NCBI GenBank assembly: GCA_016297895.1
Contig: JAEDFS010000001.1
Span: 35,504 to 99,503, forward strand
Direction: 5' to 3'
Length of the DNA: 64,000 bases
DNA from: Marvinbryantia sp.
GTDB taxonomy: Bacteria > Bacillota > Clostridia > Lachnospirales > Lachnospiraceae
How positions within the stretch are numbered: the stretch's first letter is position 1; every line of letters starts with the position of its first letter. A program made the position numbers and the translations under genes. Below are positions 38,923 to 48,989 of this stretch, piece by piece. The notes below the pieces were generated by a model that made no database searches, was not told the origin of the DNA, and worked only from the letters and a program-made list of their open reading frames with translations.

Positions 38923-39948
38923 ATGGATTATAAGAATGCAGGTGTGGATATCGAAGCCGGATACAGATCCGTGGAACTGATGAAAGAGCATGTGAAAAAA
39001 ACCATGAGGGAGGAAGTCCTGGGAGGTCTGGGAGGATTTTCCGGTGCATTTTCACTGGCAAAGATCAAAGAAATGGAAGAACCGGTACTTCTTTCAGGAA
39101 CCGATGGCTGCGGAACAAAGGTGAAACTGGCATTTATTATGGACAAGCATGATACCATCGGTATTGATGCAGTTGCAATGTGCGTCAATGATATTGCCTG
39201 TGCAGGAGGAGAACCGCTGTTTTTCCTTGACTATATTGCATGCGGAAAAAATTATCCGGAAAAAATTGCTGCCATCGTAAGCGGTGTGGCAGAGGGCTGT
39301 GTTCAGTCTGACTGTGCGCTGATCGGCGGTGAGACAGCAGAGCATCCGGGCCTGATGCCGGAGGATGACTATGATATTGCCGGCTTCGCAGTGGGCGTTG
39401 TGGATAAAAAGGATCTGATCACAGGAGAGTCCATTAAAGAAGGGGATGTGCTGATCGGTATTGCTTCTTCAGGTGTACACAGCAATGGATTTTCACTGGT
39501 CCGTAAAGTATTTACCATGGATAGAGAGACACTGGATACATATCATGAGGAACTGGGAAAGACCCTTGGAGAGGCCCTTCTGGCTCCCACCAGGATCTAT
39601 GTAAAGGCTCTTCGCAGTGTCAAAGAAGCTGGCGTGCGCATCAAAGGCTGCAGCCATATTACAGGCGGCGGATTTTATGAAAATGTTCCGCGTATGCTTC
39701 CGGAAGGAGCAAAAGCTGTGATCAGAAAAGACAGCTACGAGGTGCCTGCTATTTTCAAAATGATGGCAGGAAAAGGAAATATTGAAGAGAAGATGATGTA
39801 CAATACCTTCAATATGGGAATCGGTATGGTACTGGCAGTGGATGCGGCTGATGTGGAAAAGACAAAGGCAGCTCTGGATGCAGCAGGTGAGACTTCTTAT
39901 GTGATCGGTCAGATCACAGCAGGTGAAAAGGGAGTAGAATTATGCTGA
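38923..39948 (+). CDS. purM: phosphoribosylformylglycinamidine cyclo-ligase
   Basis: [51 protein letters not shown]. Confidence 0.97.
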   Translation: MDYKNAGVDIEAGYRSVELMKEHVKKTMREEVLGGLGGFSGAFSLAKIKEMEEPVLLSGTDGCGTKVKLAFIMDKHDTIGIDAVAMCVNDIACAGGEPLFFLDYIACGKNYPEKIAAIVSGVAEGCVQSDCALIGGETAEHPGLMPEDDYDIAGFAVGVVDKKDLITGESIKEGDVLIGIASSGVHSNGFSLVRKVFTMDRETLDTYHEELGKTLGEALLAPTRIYVKALRSVKEAGVRIKGCSHITGGGFYENVPRMLPEGAKAVIRKDSYEVPAIFKMMAGKGNIEEKMMYNTFNMGIGMVLAVDAADVEKTKAALDAAGETSYVIGQITAGEKGVELC

Positions 39949-40571
39949 GAATGGCGGTCCTGGTTTCCGGAGGGGGAACGAATCTGCAGGCGATCATAGA
40001 CAGCCTGGCAGACGGAAGAATTACGAATGCCCAGATCTCTGTGGTGATCAGCAATAACAGAAATGCTTATGCGCTGGAACGGGCAGCGAAAGCGGGAATC
40101 CCGGGCATCTGCGTATCTCCCAGAGATTATGACACAAGACAGCAGTTTAATGAAGAATTGCTTCGCACGATTCAGTCCTATGAACCGGATCTCATCGTGC
40201 TGGCAGGATGCCTGGTGGTGATCCCGAAGGAGATGGTAGAGGCTTATCCGAACAGGATCATCAATATTCACCCGGCTTTGATACCATCTTTTTGCGGAAC
40301 CGGCTATTATGGTCTGAAGGTTCACGAAGGGGTACTGGACCGGGGAGTAAAAGTGACAGGTGCAACGGTTCATTTTGTAGATGAGGGAACCGATACCGGT
40401 CCGATCATTCTCCAGAAAGCGGTGGAAGTGCATCAGGGGGATACTCCGAAGGCACTTCAGCAGAGAGTCATGGAAGAGGCGGAATGGAAGATTATGCCGG
40501 AAGCGATTAACCTGATTGCCAATGATAAGATAAAAGTAGAAAACGGTAAAGTGATTTTTGTGGAGGAATGA
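39942..40571 (+). CDS. purN: phosphoribosylglycinamide formyltransferase
   Basis: [35 protein letters not shown]. Confidence 0.97.
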   Translation: MLRMAVLVSGGGTNLQAIIDSLADGRITNAQISVVISNNRNAYALERAAKAGIPGICVSPRDYDTRQQFNEELLRTIQSYEPDLIVLAGCLVVIPKEMVEAYPNRIINIHPALIPSFCGTGYYGLKVHEGVLDRGVKVTGATVHFVDEGTDTGPIILQKAVEVHQGDTPKALQQRVMEEAEWKIMPEAINLIANDKIKVENGKVIFVEE

Positions 40572-40572
40572 G

Positions 40573-41844
40573 ATGAAAGTTCTGATTGTAGGCAGCGGCG
40601 GAAGAGAGCATGCCATTGCATGGAAAGTGGCTCAGAGCGAAAAAGTGGATAAGATCTACTGTGCTCCCGGCAATGCGGGAATCGAGGAATATGCAGAGTG
40701 CGTGAACATCGGTGCCATGGAGTTTGACAAGCTGGTTGCGTTCGCAAAAGAAAAAGAGATCGATCTGACTGTGATCGGTATGGATGATCCCCTGGTAGGC
40801 GGTGTTGTAGATGCTTTTGAGGAAGCCGGTCTGCGGGTGTTCGGGCCCAGAAAGAATGCAGCGATCCTGGAAGGATCCAAGGCATTTTCCAAGGATCTGA
40901 TGAAAAAATACGGAATTCCTACTGCAGCTTATGAGAATTTTGATGATCCGGAGGCAGCACTGGAATATCTGGAGACGGCAAAATTTCCCATTGTGCTGAA
41001 AGCGGATGGTCTTGCTCTTGGAAAAGGAGTACTGATCTGCAATACGCTGGAAGAGGCCAAAGACGGAGTGAAGACGATCATGCTGGATAAGCAGTTCGGA
41101 GCTTCCGGAAATCGCATGGTGATCGAAGAGTTCATGACCGGACGGGAAGTATCTGTACTGTCTTTTGTAGATGGCAAGACCATCAGGACCATGACCTCCG
41201 CACAGGATCATAAGCGTGCAGGGGATGGAGATACCGGACTGAATACCGGAGGAATGGGAACCTTTTCTCCCAGTCCTTTCTACACGAAGGAAGTAGATGA
41301 ATTCTGTGAGAAATACATTTACCAGGCAACGGTAGATGCCATGGCAGCAGAAGGAAGGACTTTTAAGGGCATCATTTTCTTTGGACTGATGCTGACGGAA
41401 GACGGTCCCAAAGTGCTGGAATATAATGCCAGATTCGGAGATCCGGAGACACAGGTGGTGCTTCCGCGTATGAAGACAGATCTTGTGGAGGTGTTTGAAG
41501 CCTGCATCGACGGAACGCTGGATCAGATCGATCTGGAATTTGAAGATAATGCGGCTGTCTGCGTGGTACTGGCTTCTGAAGGATATCCTGTCAGGTATGA
41601 AAAAGGATTTGTGATCAGCGGTCTGGATCAGTTTAAGGGAAAAGAAGGATACTATGTATTCCATGCAGGTACGAAAAAAACAGACAAAGGCATCGTGACC
41701 AACGGAGGCCGTGTTCTGGGAGTGACTGCCACCGGAGCAGATCTGAAGGCAGCGAGAGCCAATGCCTATGAAGCAATCCACTGGGTAGATTTTGAGGGCA
41801 AGTATTACCGTCATGATATCGGAAAAGCTATTGATGAAGCATAA
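40573..41844 (+). CDS. purD: phosphoribosylamine--glycine ligase
   Basis: GSGGREHA, APGNAG, KADGLALGKGV, QDHKR..GD.G.NTGGMG, RFGDPE, NGGRVL. Confidence 0.97.
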   Translation: MKVLIVGSGGREHAIAWKVAQSEKVDKIYCAPGNAGIEEYAECVNIGAMEFDKLVAFAKEKEIDLTVIGMDDPLVGGVVDAFEEAGLRVFGPRKNAAILEGSKAFSKDLMKKYGIPTAAYENFDDPEAALEYLETAKFPIVLKADGLALGKGVLICNTLEEAKDGVKTIMLDKQFGASGNRMVIEEFMTGREVSVLSFVDGKTIRTMTSAQDHKRAGDGDTGLNTGGMGTFSPSPFYTKEVDEFCEKYIYQATVDAMAAEGRTFKGIIFFGLMLTEDGPKVLEYNARFGDPETQVVLPRMKTDLVEVFEACIDGTLDQIDLEFEDNAAVCVVLASEGYPVRYEKGFVISGLDQFKGKEGYYVFHAGTKKTDKGIVTNGGRVLGVTATGADLKAARANAYEAIHWVDFEGKYYRHDIGKAIDEA

Positions 41845-41874
41845 ACGATAAATTAAAAGAAAAAGAGAGGTACG

Positions 41875-43014
41875 ATGATGAAAAAAACATGGAAAAGAAT
41901 GGTTTTGCTCCTTATGGCAGCACTGTGGATGTTCTGTGTAACTGCGTCTGCGGAAGGTGCTTCCGGGGATAATTCCCTGTACAGTCTTGGTCTGGAAAAT
42001 GCATCCTCCTGTTCACCGGAGTTTTACTATTCCACATTGGAGTATAACGTGACTGTTCCGGCGGGAACAACGGAGTTATATCTGAGCCCGGTTACTTCAG
42101 ATGCTTATGCAACGATTCTGGATATCAGCGGTACCACGCTGGACGAATCCGGAAATGGTACCGTCTACATTACCGTTGAGGCACCCAATGGGGCTCAGGT
42201 AAGCTATGTGCTGAATGTTACTTCTGACGGAGCTGTAGCTGAAACGGAATCCGAGACAGAAGATGCAGCAGCCGCAGAACAGGCAAGACTGGAAGAGGAA
42301 CAGAGAAAGGCAGCTGAGAGTGAGGAAGCAGCCCGCCAGGAAGCGGAAAGAAAAGCAAACGAAGAAAAGCTGACCAAACTGACCAGCGAGAATTCCCAGC
42401 TCACAGAGCGTATGGATGTTTTGCTGAAGGTACTGTATGGTCTGGTTGCATTTGCAGTGATCCTGTTATTCCTTATCATCAATCAGAGCCTTCGCAATAA
42501 GGACCTGAAGGATGACCTGAAAGAGGCAAGAAATCAGGCGGATATGAATAATGAATTTGCAAGAAAAGAACAGAATATGAGAACGGATTATTATTACGCA
42601 CCGGTGAACGGAAGGAATCAGAATCCGGTAATCCCGGGCAGCATGCAGCAGATGTCTGACGATTCCAGCAACACGCAGGCCGTATTTGGAAATGCTCCGC
42701 AGAGACTGCAGTCTCAGCCGATGGCGGGTCAGGCTTACGCAGCTCCCCAGGATGCAGCACAGGCCGGAATCCCGGAAAACCCTGCAGGTATGCCGGTTGC
42801 TGGCACCGTTCCTACAGTCCCTGAAGTACCTCAGCCTCAGCCGCAGAATCTTTCCAGAAGAGAGCAGAAGAGAATGGAAAAGGCAGCAAAAAAAGCAGAA
42901 AAGACAAACCAGCCGGAAGGACAGCCGGTACCGGCTCCGGGACAGGTTCCGGAAACACTGGTACAATCCACAGTGGAAGAACCGGATGTAAATGTGGACA
43001 TGATTGATCTGTAA
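41875..43014 (+). CDS. surface protein: signal peptide, cadherin-like beta-sandwich, coiled coil, TM, disordered cytoplasmic tail
   Basis: N.L.SL..F....LEYNVTVP...I.V.APNG....Y.L.V pattern; E/A/R/K helical linker; TM VLYGLVAFAVILLFLII; P/Q-rich tail. Confidence 0.7.
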   Translation: MMKKTWKRMVLLLMAALWMFCVTASAEGASGDNSLYSLGLENASSCSPEFYYSTLEYNVTVPAGTTELYLSPVTSDAYATILDISGTTLDESGNGTVYITVEAPNGAQVSYVLNVTSDGAVAETESETEDAAAAEQARLEEEQRKAAESEEAARQEAERKANEEKLTKLTSENSQLTERMDVLLKVLYGLVAFAVILLFLIINQSLRNKDLKDDLKEARNQADMNNEFARKEQNMRTDYYYAPVNGRNQNPVIPGSMQQMSDDSSNTQAVFGNAPQRLQSQPMAGQAYAAPQDAAQAGIPENPAGMPVAGTVPTVPEVPQPQPQNLSRREQKRMEKAAKKAEKTNQPEGQPVPAPGQVPETLVQSTVEEPDVNVDMIDL

Positions 43015-43071
43015 AATGAAATGTGTGCCGTCAGGTACATAAAATGTAAAGCACTTTCCTATGATACAAGA

Positions 43072-43107
43072 AAAACAGGACAGTTTCTATGGAGACTGTC
43101 CTGTTTT
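43072..43107. terminator. bidirectional terminator
   Basis: AAAACAGGACAGTTTC-tatg-GAGACTGTCCTGTTTT between convergent genes. Confidence 0.85.
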
Positions 43108-43115
43108 ATTCAATT

Positions 43116-43140
43116 TTGACACCCCGTTGCTTGCAGCGGG
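43116..43140. repeat. partial copy of the palindromic element at 61.8 kb
   Basis: TTGACACCCCGTTGCTTGCAGCGGG versus TTGATACCCCGTTGCTTGCAGCGGG (61838-61862): 24/25 identical. Confidence 0.85.
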
Positions 43141-43148
43141 ATCTTAGA

Positions 43149-43790
43149 TTAGCCTTCGCGAATGGATTTTACCAGTGCAACTGCTTCTGCGGTCATCTCT
43201 TTGATCTTTTCAAATTCACCGGCTTTGATCAGGTCACCTTTTACCATCCAGCTTCCACCGCAAGCATAGATCTTGTCACAGGATAAATAATCTGCCAGGT
43301 TCTTTGCGTTGATACCGCCGGTAGGCATTACTTTTACGGTAGTATAGGCAGCACACATTGCTTTGATCATGGGAAGACCGCCTGCCTGCTCTGCCGGGAA
43401 GAATTTAATTCTGGTCAGTCCGCGCTTTACAGCCTGTGCCACTTCTGATGGAGTCACGCATCCGGGAATCACAGGAATGTTCTTGCTGATGCAGTAATCT
43501 ACGATCTCGGGATCAAAGCCCGGGCTTACGATAAAGGAAGCACCTGCGTTTACTGCACGGTCTACCTGTTCTGTGGTCAGTACAGTACCTGCGCCAAGGA
43601 GCATTTCCGGATAAGCTTCTTTCATCTGACGGATGGATTCCTCAGCAGCTGCGGTACGGAAAGTCACTTCTGCACAGGGAAGGCCTCCTTCGCAAAGAGC
43701 CTTTGCCAGCGGAAGGGCATCTTTCACATCATTTAATACAACAACCGGGATCACACCGGTTTCCTGAATCTTTGTTGCAATATCGTTCAT
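43149..43790 (-). CDS. eda: KDPG/KHG aldolase
   Basis: IPVVV, EVTFRT, GAGTVL, FIVSPG, PGCVTPSE, KFFPA, MPTGGI, GGSW. ATG at 43790. Confidence 0.95.
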   Translation of the reverse strand: MNDIATKIQETGVIPVVVLNDVKDALPLAKALCEGGLPCAEVTFRTAAAEESIRQMKEAYPEMLLGAGTVLTTEQVDRAVNAGASFIVSPGFDPEIVDYCISKNIPVIPGCVTPSEVAQAVKRGLTRIKFFPAEQAGGLPMIKAMCAAYTTVKVMPTGGINAKNLADYLSCDKIYACGGSWMVKGDLIKAGEFEKIKEMTAEAVALVKSIREG

Positions 43791-43958
43791 TTTCGTCCCC
43801 TTTCTTCGGTCCCGGAGACCGAATCTCATATCGTATATTCTGACTATATCAAATGGAAAAAAAGATGTCAAGAAACATAAAATTTCCACTTGTATCTGAG
43901 ACAGGCTGTGCTATAATCTATATAACAACGACATTTCGGAAATGGATGTGAATACCAA

Positions 43959-44339
43959 ATGATAATTGAGATTGATTTCCAAAGTGAGGAAGCGCTGTAT
44001 ATGCAGCTGCGAAATCAGATTATTCTGGGAATCGCCACGTCGGTGATCCAGGAAGGAGATACCCTGCCTTCTGTGCGGCAGATGGCGGAGGATATCGGCA
44101 TTAATATGCATACGGTAAATAAGGCTTATTCTGTACTGAAGCAGGAGGGTTTTCTGCGGCTGGACAGAAGAAAAGGAGCGATCATTGCGTTGGATACGGA
44201 CAAGATCCGGGCTATGGAAGAAATGAAAGATTCTCTGAGGGTTGTTCTGGCCAGGGGATGCTGTAAGAATGTGACCCGGCAGGAGGTTCACGCAATGGTG
44301 GACGAGATATTAGATGACATGAAGAATGGAAGGATGTAA
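43959..44339 (+). CDS. GntR family (YtrA-like) transcriptional regulator
   Basis: Y.QL..QI, GDTLPSVRQMA..IN.HTV.KAY..L..EG. Upstream extended -10 TGCTATAAT at 43909-43917. Confidence 0.9.
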   Translation: MIIEIDFQSEEALYMQLRNQIILGIATSVIQEGDTLPSVRQMAEDIGINMHTVNKAYSVLKQEGFLRLDRRKGAIIALDTDKIRAMEEMKDSLRVVLARGCCKNVTRQEVHAMVDEILDDMKNGRM

Positions 44340-44344
44340 CTGAC

Positions 44345-46783
44345 ATGCAGTATACCGAACAGGTGAACCGCACGCTGAAGACTGCGAAAAATGCGGCCGG
44401 ACAGTGCGGGCAGAAATATATCGGTTCCGAGCATTTGCTGCTGGGATTAATAAGAGAAGAAAGAGGCATGGCCTATGCTGTGCTTAAGGAAAGTAAAGTC
44501 AGCGAAGAAAAGCTGACAGAACTGATCCGTGAACTGATCGTTCCGGAGGGACAGGTAAAAAGTCCGGACCCGGTGAAGTATTCTCCGAGAGCGGAAGCAA
44601 TTCTGGAGCAGGCAGAGAGGGAAGCGGAGTTTTTCGGACAGAAGAAAGTGGGAACGGAGCATCTGCTGCTTTCCATCCTGAAGGATGTGGATTCTGTAGC
44701 CACGAGACTCCTTCATACCATGGGTGTCCCGGTACAGAAGCTGTTTATGATGGTTCTGGACAGTCTGGGACTGGAAGAAAAAAACTATAAAGACTACATG
44801 AAAACGGTGAAGGGAGACGCAAAAGGCGCTTCGGAATCCATACTGGAGCAGTACAGCCGGAATCTGACCGCTCAGGCAGAAAAAGGAAAGCTGGATCCGG
44901 TGGTTGGCAGAGAACAGGAGATCCAGAGAGTGATCCAGATCCTGAGCCGTCGTTCCAAGAACAATCCCTGTCTGATCGGAGAACCGGGAGTGGGAAAGAC
45001 TGCGATCGTGGAGGGGCTGGCCCAGAGAATTGTAGCGGGGAATGTTCCAAGGACGATTCGGGATAAACAGATCTTTACGCTGGACATGGCCGGTATGGTG
45101 GCTGGATCCAAATATAGGGGCGAGTTCGAGGAACGAATGAAAAAAGTGATCGAAGAAGTGGCGGAACGACCGGATGTGCTGCTGTTTATCGATGAACTTC
45201 ATACGATCATCGGCGCAGGAGGCGCAGAAGGTGCAATGGATGCTTCCAATATTCTGAAGCCGGCACTTTCCAGAGGGGAAATGCAGCTGATCGGAGCCAC
45301 TACCATCGGAGAATATCGGAAATACATTGAAAAGGATCCTGCCCTGGAGAGAAGATTTCAGGCAGTTGTAGTAGAGGAACCCGGGGAAGAAGAGGCTGCA
45401 GAGATTTTAAAAGGGCTCAGACACAATTACGAGGCTCACCATCATGTGATGATCAGTGATGAGGCAATTGAAGCTGCGGTAAAATATTCCCAGCGCTATA
45501 TCAATGACAGATACCTTCCGGATAAAGCCATAGACCTGATTGATGAAGCGTCAGCCAGAAAGCAGCTGGACGGCGGCGGGATGACAGAAAACATGGAAGC
45601 CCTTCACCGTGAGATGGAGGAATGTTCCAGGAAGAAAGAGGAGGCTGTGATCGCCGGTGACTGGGAACAGGCCAGAGAATGGAATCAGAAGCAGTCTGAA
45701 GCCGCAAAGAAGCTGGCTGATGCGGAGAAAAAGAGAAACCGCAAAGAAAACAGCCGGCCGGTGGTAGGGGAAGAGGACATCGCCCGGATCGTCTCTATGT
45801 GGACCCGGATTCCCGTACAGAAGCTGGCAGAAAAGGAGACACAGCGTCTTCGGAAACTGGAGCAGACCTTAAAACGCAGGGTCATCGGGCAGGATGAGGC
45901 AGTCTGTGCAGTGGCAAAGGCCATTAAAAGAGGAAGAGTGGGATTGAAGGATCCTAAGAGACCCATCGGTTCCTTCCTGTTTTTAGGCCCCACCGGTGTG
46001 GGTAAGACGGAGCTTTCCAAAGTACTGGCAGATGTGGTCTTTGGAAGTGAACAGGCCATGATCCGGGTCGATATGTCGGAATATATGGAAAAACACAGCG
46101 TTTCCAGACTGGTTGGTTCTCCGCCGGGATATGTAGGATATGAGGAGGGAGGACAGCTCAGTGAGAAGGTACGTCGTAATCCCTATTCCGTGATTCTGTT
46201 TGATGAGATCGAAAAAGCGCATCCGGATGTATTTAACATTCTTCTGCAGGTGTTGGACGATGGGCACATTACAGATTCTCAGGGCAGAAAGATCGATTTT
46301 AAGAATACGATTCTCATTATGACCTCCAATGCAGGGGCCAAATCGATCATGGAGCCGAAAAAGCTTGGATTTACGGCAGTGGATGATGAAAAATATAATT
46401 ATGAGAGAATGAAATCCGGTGTGATGGAAGAAGTCAGAAGAGTCTTTAAACCGGAATTCCTCAATCGAATCGACGAGACGATTGTATTTCATTCACTGAA
46501 CAGGGACGAGATCCGCAAAATCGTGACTCTGCTCCTTCGGGACTTTGAAAAACGGTGCAAAGAGCAGATGGATATCACTCTTACAGTAAGGGATTCTGTG
46601 AAGAATCATATTGCTGAAACAGGATATGACCCGAAGTACGGGGCAAGGCCTTTGAAGAGGGCAATTCAGACAAAACTGGAGGATGCCCTGGCGGAAGAAA
46701 TCCTGGATGGAAACATTCAGAGAGGGGATCAGGTGGCAGTGGGCTATGTGAAAAATAAGATCCGATTCAGTACAGCTCATTGA
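44345..46783 (+). CDS. clpC: ATP-dependent Clp protease ATPase subunit ClpC
   Basis: Two Clp-N repeats (EHLLL), [17 protein letters not shown]-like linker, [23 protein letters not shown]. Confidence 0.93.
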   Translation: MQYTEQVNRTLKTAKNAAGQCGQKYIGSEHLLLGLIREERGMAYAVLKESKVSEEKLTELIRELIVPEGQVKSPDPVKYSPRAEAILEQAEREAEFFGQKKVGTEHLLLSILKDVDSVATRLLHTMGVPVQKLFMMVLDSLGLEEKNYKDYMKTVKGDAKGASESILEQYSRNLTAQAEKGKLDPVVGREQEIQRVIQILSRRSKNNPCLIGEPGVGKTAIVEGLAQRIVAGNVPRTIRDKQIFTLDMAGMVAGSKYRGEFEERMKKVIEEVAERPDVLLFIDELHTIIGAGGAEGAMDASNILKPALSRGEMQLIGATTIGEYRKYIEKDPALERRFQAVVVEEPGEEEAAEILKGLRHNYEAHHHVMISDEAIEAAVKYSQRYINDRYLPDKAIDLIDEASARKQLDGGGMTENMEALHREMEECSRKKEEAVIAGDWEQAREWNQKQSEAAKKLADAEKKRNRKENSRPVVGEEDIARIVSMWTRIPVQKLAEKETQRLRKLEQTLKRRVIGQDEAVCAVAKAIKRGRVGLKDPKRPIGSFLFLGPTGVGKTELSKVLADVVFGSEQAMIRVDMSEYMEKHSVSRLVGSPPGYVGYEEGGQLSEKVRRNPYSVILFDEIEKAHPDVFNILLQVLDDGHITDSQGRKIDFKNTILIMTSNAGAKSIMEPKKLGFTAVDDEKYNYERMKSGVMEEVRRVFKPEFLNRIDETIVFHSLNRDEIRKIVTLLLRDFEKRCKEQMDITLTVRDSVKNHIAETGYDPKYGARPLKRAIQTKLEDALAEEILDGNIQRGDQVAVGYVKNKIRFSTAH

Positions 46784-46808
46784 CAAGGCAGGGAAACATC
46801 ATTATAGT
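46780..46808 (+). promoter_or_regulatory. sigma-A promoter overlapping the clpC stop codon
   Basis: TTGACA-17 nt-TATAGT. Confidence 0.75.
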
Positions 46809-46881
46809 ATTAACATGATACCGGGTATCACATTGAGGGGACCCTAACGTATTAACATCAGGATAAAGGGAGGACATGAAT

Positions 46882-47292
46882 ATGTCAGTAGTACAGGACT
46901 TAATCAGAAAAGAAGAAGACGGAACCATCAGTTTTGGTAATTATGAGCTGACTCAGAAATCCAAACGTTCCGATTTTGAATGCAATGGAGATATTTATAA
47001 AGTAAAAACATATTGTGAGATCACAAAACTGGAAAGAAATGAGATGTTCGTATATGAATCTGTGCCGGGAACTGCAGTCAGCAATTTTAAAGCTACAGCA
47101 GAGGGCATGGAGTTTAAAGTAGAGGGCAGTGCGGATGCACAGATCACCGTTGAAATGGAAGAAGATACTGAGTATACGATTGAGATTAACGGAGAAAGTA
47201 CCGGAACCATGCAGACTAATCTGGGCGGAAAACTGTCTATGAGTGTAGAACTGGAGCCGGGGAAAAAAGTGGCAGTAAGGATCGTGAAATAA
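46882..47292 (+). CDS. hypothetical beta-rich protein upstream of radA
   Basis: RBS GGAGG 8 nt before ATG 46882; stop 3 nt before the radA start; no motif recognised. Confidence 0.8.
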   Translation: MSVVQDLIRKEEDGTISFGNYELTQKSKRSDFECNGDIYKVKTYCEITKLERNEMFVYESVPGTAVSNFKATAEGMEFKVEGSADAQITVEMEEDTEYTIEINGESTGTMQTNLGGKLSMSVELEPGKKVAVRIVK

Positions 47293-47295
47293 TTT

Positions 47296-48678
47296 ATGGC
47301 AAAAGGAAAAACGACTCTGTTTTTCTGTCAGAACTGCGGATATGAGTCAGCCAAATGGCAGGGACAGTGTCCGGGATGTCATGAATGGAACACCTTTGTG
47401 GAGGAGCCGACTGTAAAAGGCGGCTCCTCTGTTAAACGGAAAAGTACAGTTTCGGGTGTGAAGCCGGTGCAGTTGTCTCATATCTCCACGGATGAAGAGC
47501 AGAGGATCTCATCGGGAATCAGGGAACTGGACCGGGTTCTGGGAGGCGGCATCGTATCGGGATCTCTGATGCTGGTAGGAGGAGATCCTGGTATCGGAAA
47601 ATCCACACTGCTCCTTCAGGTCTGCTATCATCTGACAGAGAAAAAACATAAAGTGCTTTATGTGTCCGGAGAGGAATCTGCACAGCAGATCAAGCTTCGG
47701 GCAAAACGGATCGGAGAATTTAATGAAGATCTTCTGATCCTGTGTGAGACCAATCTGGATTCTGTCAGGGAGACCATTGAACAGCTCCGGCCGGAGATCG
47801 CAGTAATCGACTCTATTCAGACTATGTACAATGAAAATGTGGCATCTGCACCGGGAAGTGTGTCCCAGGTAAGAGAATCCACCGGAGTTTTTATGCAGAT
47901 CGCCAAGGGAATGAATATATCTGTGTTTATTGTGGGGCATGTGACCAAGGAAGGTGTGGTGGCCGGCCCCAGGGTTCTGGAGCATATGGTGGATACCGTC
48001 CTTTATTTTGAAGGAGACCGTTATGCATCTTATCGGATCCTGCGGGGAGTAAAAAATCGTTTTGGCTCCACCAATGAGATCGGAGTCTTTGAGATGAGCC
48101 AGAACGGTCTTCGGGAAGTGGCAAATCCTTCAGAATATATGCTGGACGGGAAACCGGTGAACGCCTCCGGTTCGGTGGTAGCCTGTTCCATGGAGGGTAC
48201 CCGTCCGATCCTCATTGAGATCCAGGCTCTGGTTTGTCAGAGCAATCTTCCCATGCCAAGGCGTACAACGGCGGGAACCGATTTCAATCGGGTGAACCTT
48301 TTGCTGGCGGTGCTGGAAAAACGGGCGGGGATGCATCTGTCGGCCTGCGATGTGTATGTGAATATTGCAGGCGGGATCCGCATGACGGAGCCTGCCATCG
48401 ATCTGGGACTTATCCTGGCAGTGGTGTCCAGCTTTAAGGATATCGTCATCGACGAGAAAACCATTGCTTTCGGAGAAGTGGGATTAAGCGGTGAGATCCG
48501 TTCTGTCAATATGGCACAGCAGCGTGTGCAGGAGGCAAAAAAACTGGGGTTTGAGACCATTCTGATGCCGAAGGTCTCCATGAAAGCCATCACAAAAACC
48601 GAAGGGATCCGGATCATCGGCCTTGAGACCGTGCGGGATGCGGTACAGTATCTTATGAGTGAGAAAAATTGTTGTTGA
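47296..48678 (+). CDS. radA: DNA repair protein RadA/Sms
   Basis: C..CG...KWQGQCP.C Zn finger, GDPGIGKSTL, IDSIQT, KNRFG, GEVGLSGEIR. Confidence 0.97.
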   Translation: MAKGKTTLFFCQNCGYESAKWQGQCPGCHEWNTFVEEPTVKGGSSVKRKSTVSGVKPVQLSHISTDEEQRISSGIRELDRVLGGGIVSGSLMLVGGDPGIGKSTLLLQVCYHLTEKKHKVLYVSGEESAQQIKLRAKRIGEFNEDLLILCETNLDSVRETIEQLRPEIAVIDSIQTMYNENVASAPGSVSQVRESTGVFMQIAKGMNISVFIVGHVTKEGVVAGPRVLEHMVDTVLYFEGDRYASYRILRGVKNRFGSTNEIGVFEMSQNGLREVANPSEYMLDGKPVNASGSVVACSMEGTRPILIEIQALVCQSNLPMPRRTTAGTDFNRVNLLLAVLEKRAGMHLSACDVYVNIAGGIRMTEPAIDLGLILAVVSSFKDIVIDEKTIAFGEVGLSGEIRSVNMAQQRVQEAKKLGFETILMPKVSMKAITKTEGIRIIGLETVRDAVQYLMSEKNCC

Positions 48679-48703
48679 CACAAAGATCGTTATGTGGTAT
48701 AAA
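48675..48703 (+). promoter_or_regulatory. sigma-A promoter of tRNA-Trp
   Basis: TTGACA-17 nt-TATAAA with extended TG. Confidence 0.75.
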
Positions 48704-48722
48704 TAACTGGTGAGCAACACAC

Positions 48723-48793
48723 AGGGGATTGGTCAAATGGTATGACAGAAGTCTCCAAAACTTTTAGCGGGAGTTCGATTCTCTCATCCCCTG
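48723..48793 (+). tRNA. tRNA-Trp (CCA anticodon); 3' CCA not encoded
   Basis: Acceptor AGGGGAT/ATCCCCT+G; D stem GTCA/TGAC; anticodon arm GAAGT-CTCCAAA-ACTTT; T arm GGGAG-TTCGATT-CTCTC. Confidence 0.95.
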
Positions 48794-48801
48794 CTCTGAT
48801 A

Positions 48802-48842
48802 AGTCGAAAGATCTTGAAAAATCAAGATTTTTCGGCTTTTTT
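48802..48842 (+). terminator. intrinsic terminator after tRNA-Trp
   Basis: AGTCGAAAGATCTTGA-aaaa-TCAAGATTTTTCGGCT followed by a T run. Confidence 0.8.
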
Positions 48843-48989
48843 GTTTTCAATGAAGTTGGACATTGTAAAACTTTACAATCATTTTACTTAAATTTTTCTT
48901 TGATATGGTAGCAGCATTTACTTAAGATTGTTATCATCAGGTGCATAGATGAGAATTAAGAAAAGGTGATTCAGTCAAGGAAGTAACGT

